Assembly (NCBI GenBank): GCA_046045965.1
Contig: JBJOKS010000024.1
Span: 1 to 64,000, forward strand
Direction of reading: 5' to 3'
Length of the DNA stretch: 64,000 nt
DNA from: Cyanobacteriota bacterium
GTDB lineage: Bacteria > Cyanobacteriota > Cyanobacteriia > Cyanobacteriales > Nostocaceae
Under the pieces are notes generated by a model, which worked only from the letters and a program-made list of their open reading frames with translations, did not search any database and was not told where the DNA came from. The position numbers and the translations under genes were made by a program. This document shows, one piece after another, positions 62,284 to 64,000 of the stretch. Position 1 is the first letter of the stretch. Each line of letters starts with the position of its first letter.

Positions 62284-62365
62284 TAACGCTTTGCTCTTGG
62301 ATTTTGATCGAAAATCCACAAGCAACACGAGATTATCAATCCCAAATCTAAAATCCCAAATCAAA

Positions 62366-62812
62366 ATGAGACTCAACGATGTTAAGCCCCAAAAAGGCTC
62401 AAAAAAACGCCGTAAACGTGTAGGTAGAGGTATTTCTGCCGGTCAAGGCGCTAGTGCAGGTCTGGGTATGCGGGGTCAAAAATCTCGCTCTGGTAGCAGC
62501 ACCAGACCAGGATTTGAAGGTGGTCAACAGCCATTGTACCGCCGTATACCCAAGCTCAAGGGCTTCCCCGTCGTTAATCGTAAAAATTACACTACGATAA
62601 ATGTAGAGAAGTTGGCCTCCCTTCCTGCTGATTCAGAAGTAACTTTGGCTTCTTTAAAAGAAGCTGGTATTCTTACATCTGTTAACGGACCCTTGAAAAT
62701 ATTAGGCAATGGGGAATTGGGTGTTGCGCTCAAAGTGCAAGCAGCAGCTTTCACAGGCCAAGCTCGTAGCAAAATTGAGGCTGCTGGCGGGAGTTGTCAA
62801 GTCTTAGACTGA
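62366..62812 (+). CDS. rplO: 50S ribosomal protein L15
   Basis: MRLNDVKP...[20 protein letters not shown]. True start is ATG 62366; the track's extension from 62189 is spurious. Confidence 0.97.
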   Translation: MRLNDVKPQKGSKKRRKRVGRGISAGQGASAGLGMRGQKSRSGSSTRPGFEGGQQPLYRRIPKLKGFPVVNRKNYTTINVEKLASLPADSEVTLASLKEAGILTSVNGPLKILGNGELGVALKVQAAAFTGQARSKIEAAGGSCQVLD

Positions 62813-62881
62813 GCCAGGACGGAGCATTCCCAGCTAGTCAACTCGCTTCCAGCGCCTGGTTCACTATAAAGGTAGCACTCT

Positions 62882-64000
62882 ATGATCAGTCGAGACAAAG
62901 CCCCAACGGCTCAAGAAACTTTTATGCAGATGGCGCAAGCAGCTGGACTCAGAGGTAGGCTGCTTGTTACGGTCGGTATTTTAATTTTGGTTCGCCTGGG
63001 CATCTTTTTACCAGTACCAGGAATTAATCGCGAGAGATTTGCAGAAGCTATATCCGGCAATAATTCCATCTTCGGTTTATTGGATATATTTTCGGGACGG
63101 GGACTCTCTACTTTGGGCGTATTCGCCTTGGGGATTTTACCATTTATTAATGCGTCCATTATCATCCAATTGCTGACCGCTGCTCTCCCATCTTTAGAAA
63201 ATTTACAGAAAAATGAAGGTGAAGCAGGTCGGCGGAAAATATCGCAAATTACCCGCTATGTGACTGTCGGTTGGGCGATAGTTCAAAGTGTGGCTTTTTC
63301 GGCATTATTCCTACAACAATTTGCCTTGAATCCAGGACCTATCTTTGTAGCAGAAACGGCGATCGCTCTCACTGCTGGTTCTATGTTCGTCATGTGGGCA
63401 TCAGAACTGATTACAGAAAGAGGTATTGGTAATGGCGCATCTTTGTTGATTTTTGTCAATATTGTCGCTTCTCTACCCAAATCCTTGGGCGATACTATCG
63501 ACTTGGTGCAAGTTGGTGGAAGAGAAATAGTCGGTCGTGTCATCGTACTCTTACTGGTTTTCCTCGCTACCATTATTGGTATTGTGTTTGTTCAGGAAGG
63601 AACCCGCCGTATTCCTATTATTTCGGCACGTCGTCAAGTTGGTCGCCGCGTTTTGGCAGAACAGCGTAGTTTTCTACCATTGCGCCTGAATCAAGGCGGT
63701 GTGATGCCTATTATTTTCGCCGCTGCTATTCTCAGTTTGCCACTGCTGATTGCCAACTTCACTAAAAATACTGAATTGGCCAATATAGTTAACACTTACC
63801 TTAGTCCTAGTGGTTCTAGTTCTTGGGTTTATGCTCTGGTATACATGGTTTCCATTATCTTCTTTAGCTACTTCTATTCTTCGTTGATTCTCAACCCCGT
63901 AGATGTGGCACAAAACTTGAAGAAAATGGGTTCTAGTATTCCCAGTATTCGCCCCGGTAAAGCCACCAGTGAGTATATTGAGCGTGTCAGCAACAGACTG
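62882..64000 (+). CDS. secY: Preprotein translocase SecY (runs off the window; absent from the track)
   Basis: MISRDKAPTAQETF..., FALGILPFINASII, ITERGIGNGASLLIF, NQGGVMPIIFA; open to the edge. Confidence 0.98.
   Translation, partial: MISRDKAPTAQETFMQMAQAAGLRGRLLVTVGILILVRLGIFLPVPGINRERFAEAISGNNSIFGLLDIFSGRGLSTLGVFALGILPFINASIIIQLLTAALPSLENLQKNEGEAGRRKISQITRYVTVGWAIVQSVAFSALFLQQFALNPGPIFVAETAIALTAGSMFVMWASELITERGIGNGASLLIFVNIVASLPKSLGDTIDLVQVGGREIVGRVIVLLLVFLATIIGIVFVQEGTRRIPIISARRQVGRRVLAEQRSFLPLRLNQGGVMPIIFAAAILSLPLLIANFTKNTELANIVNTYLSPSGSSSWVYALVYMVSIIFFSYFYSSLILNPVDVAQNLKKMGSSIPSIRPGKATSEYIERVSNRL

Noticed and set aside
62189..62365. 59-aa N-terminal extension of L15
   Set aside because: It overlaps rpsE and runs through repeat-like spacer; the conserved L15 start is ATG 62366.
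53485..62812. Absence of rpsJ, rpsN and rpmD from the S10/spc cluster
   Set aside because: This is the normal cyanobacterial arrangement, not a loss specific to this genome.
1..64000. tRNA, rRNA, intact IS or prophage
   Set aside because: No cloverleaf or rRNA signature, transposase, integrase or phage gene cluster was recognised by manual reading.

Overview
Chromosomal window from a heterocyst-forming filamentous cyanobacterium (Nostocales, Anabaena/Dolichospermum-like). This assignment is inferred from frequent HIP1 octamers (GCGATCGC), heptameric STRR arrays and a beta-cyanobacterial Rubisco activase. Left to right, the window contains: the 3' end of clpB; a Nif11-like small gene; a large secreted choice-of-anchor-I/phytase-like RTX protein with a candidate Pho box; DUF924, SRPBCC, rubredoxin (missed by the ORF track) and an HI0933 flavoprotein; a Wzx/Wzy/Wzc exopolysaccharide cluster ending in a glycosyltransferase remnant; lpxD; an AT-rich defence islet (AbiEi/AbiEii-type TA pair plus C5-MTase and Cfr10I/Bse634I-like endonuclease); deoC-recO-MFS-dgdA; Uma2; rca; secG; gpmI; a DUF4347/LVIVD/RTX protein; an ABC-F ATPase; a CPA2 antiporter; an AMIN protein; ndhN; and the rplC to secY ribosomal-protein operon, which runs off the right edge. 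I saw no rRNA, tRNA, CRISPR array or transposase. The best unexplained signals are: (1) a roughly 730-nt, densely base-paired leader in front of rplC; (2) accessory genes bracketed by inverted pairs of REP-like palindromes and 42-bp nonamer-repeat arms; (3) a conserved ~95-aa C-terminal domain shared by two otherwise unrelated RTX proteins; (4) a GC-richer phytase-like domain nested inside a choice-of-anchor I domain; (5) an orphan ORF with tail-terminator-like character; (6) a G-to-S change in the SecY IPGIRPG motif. All calls come from manual reading; no searches or folding programs were run.
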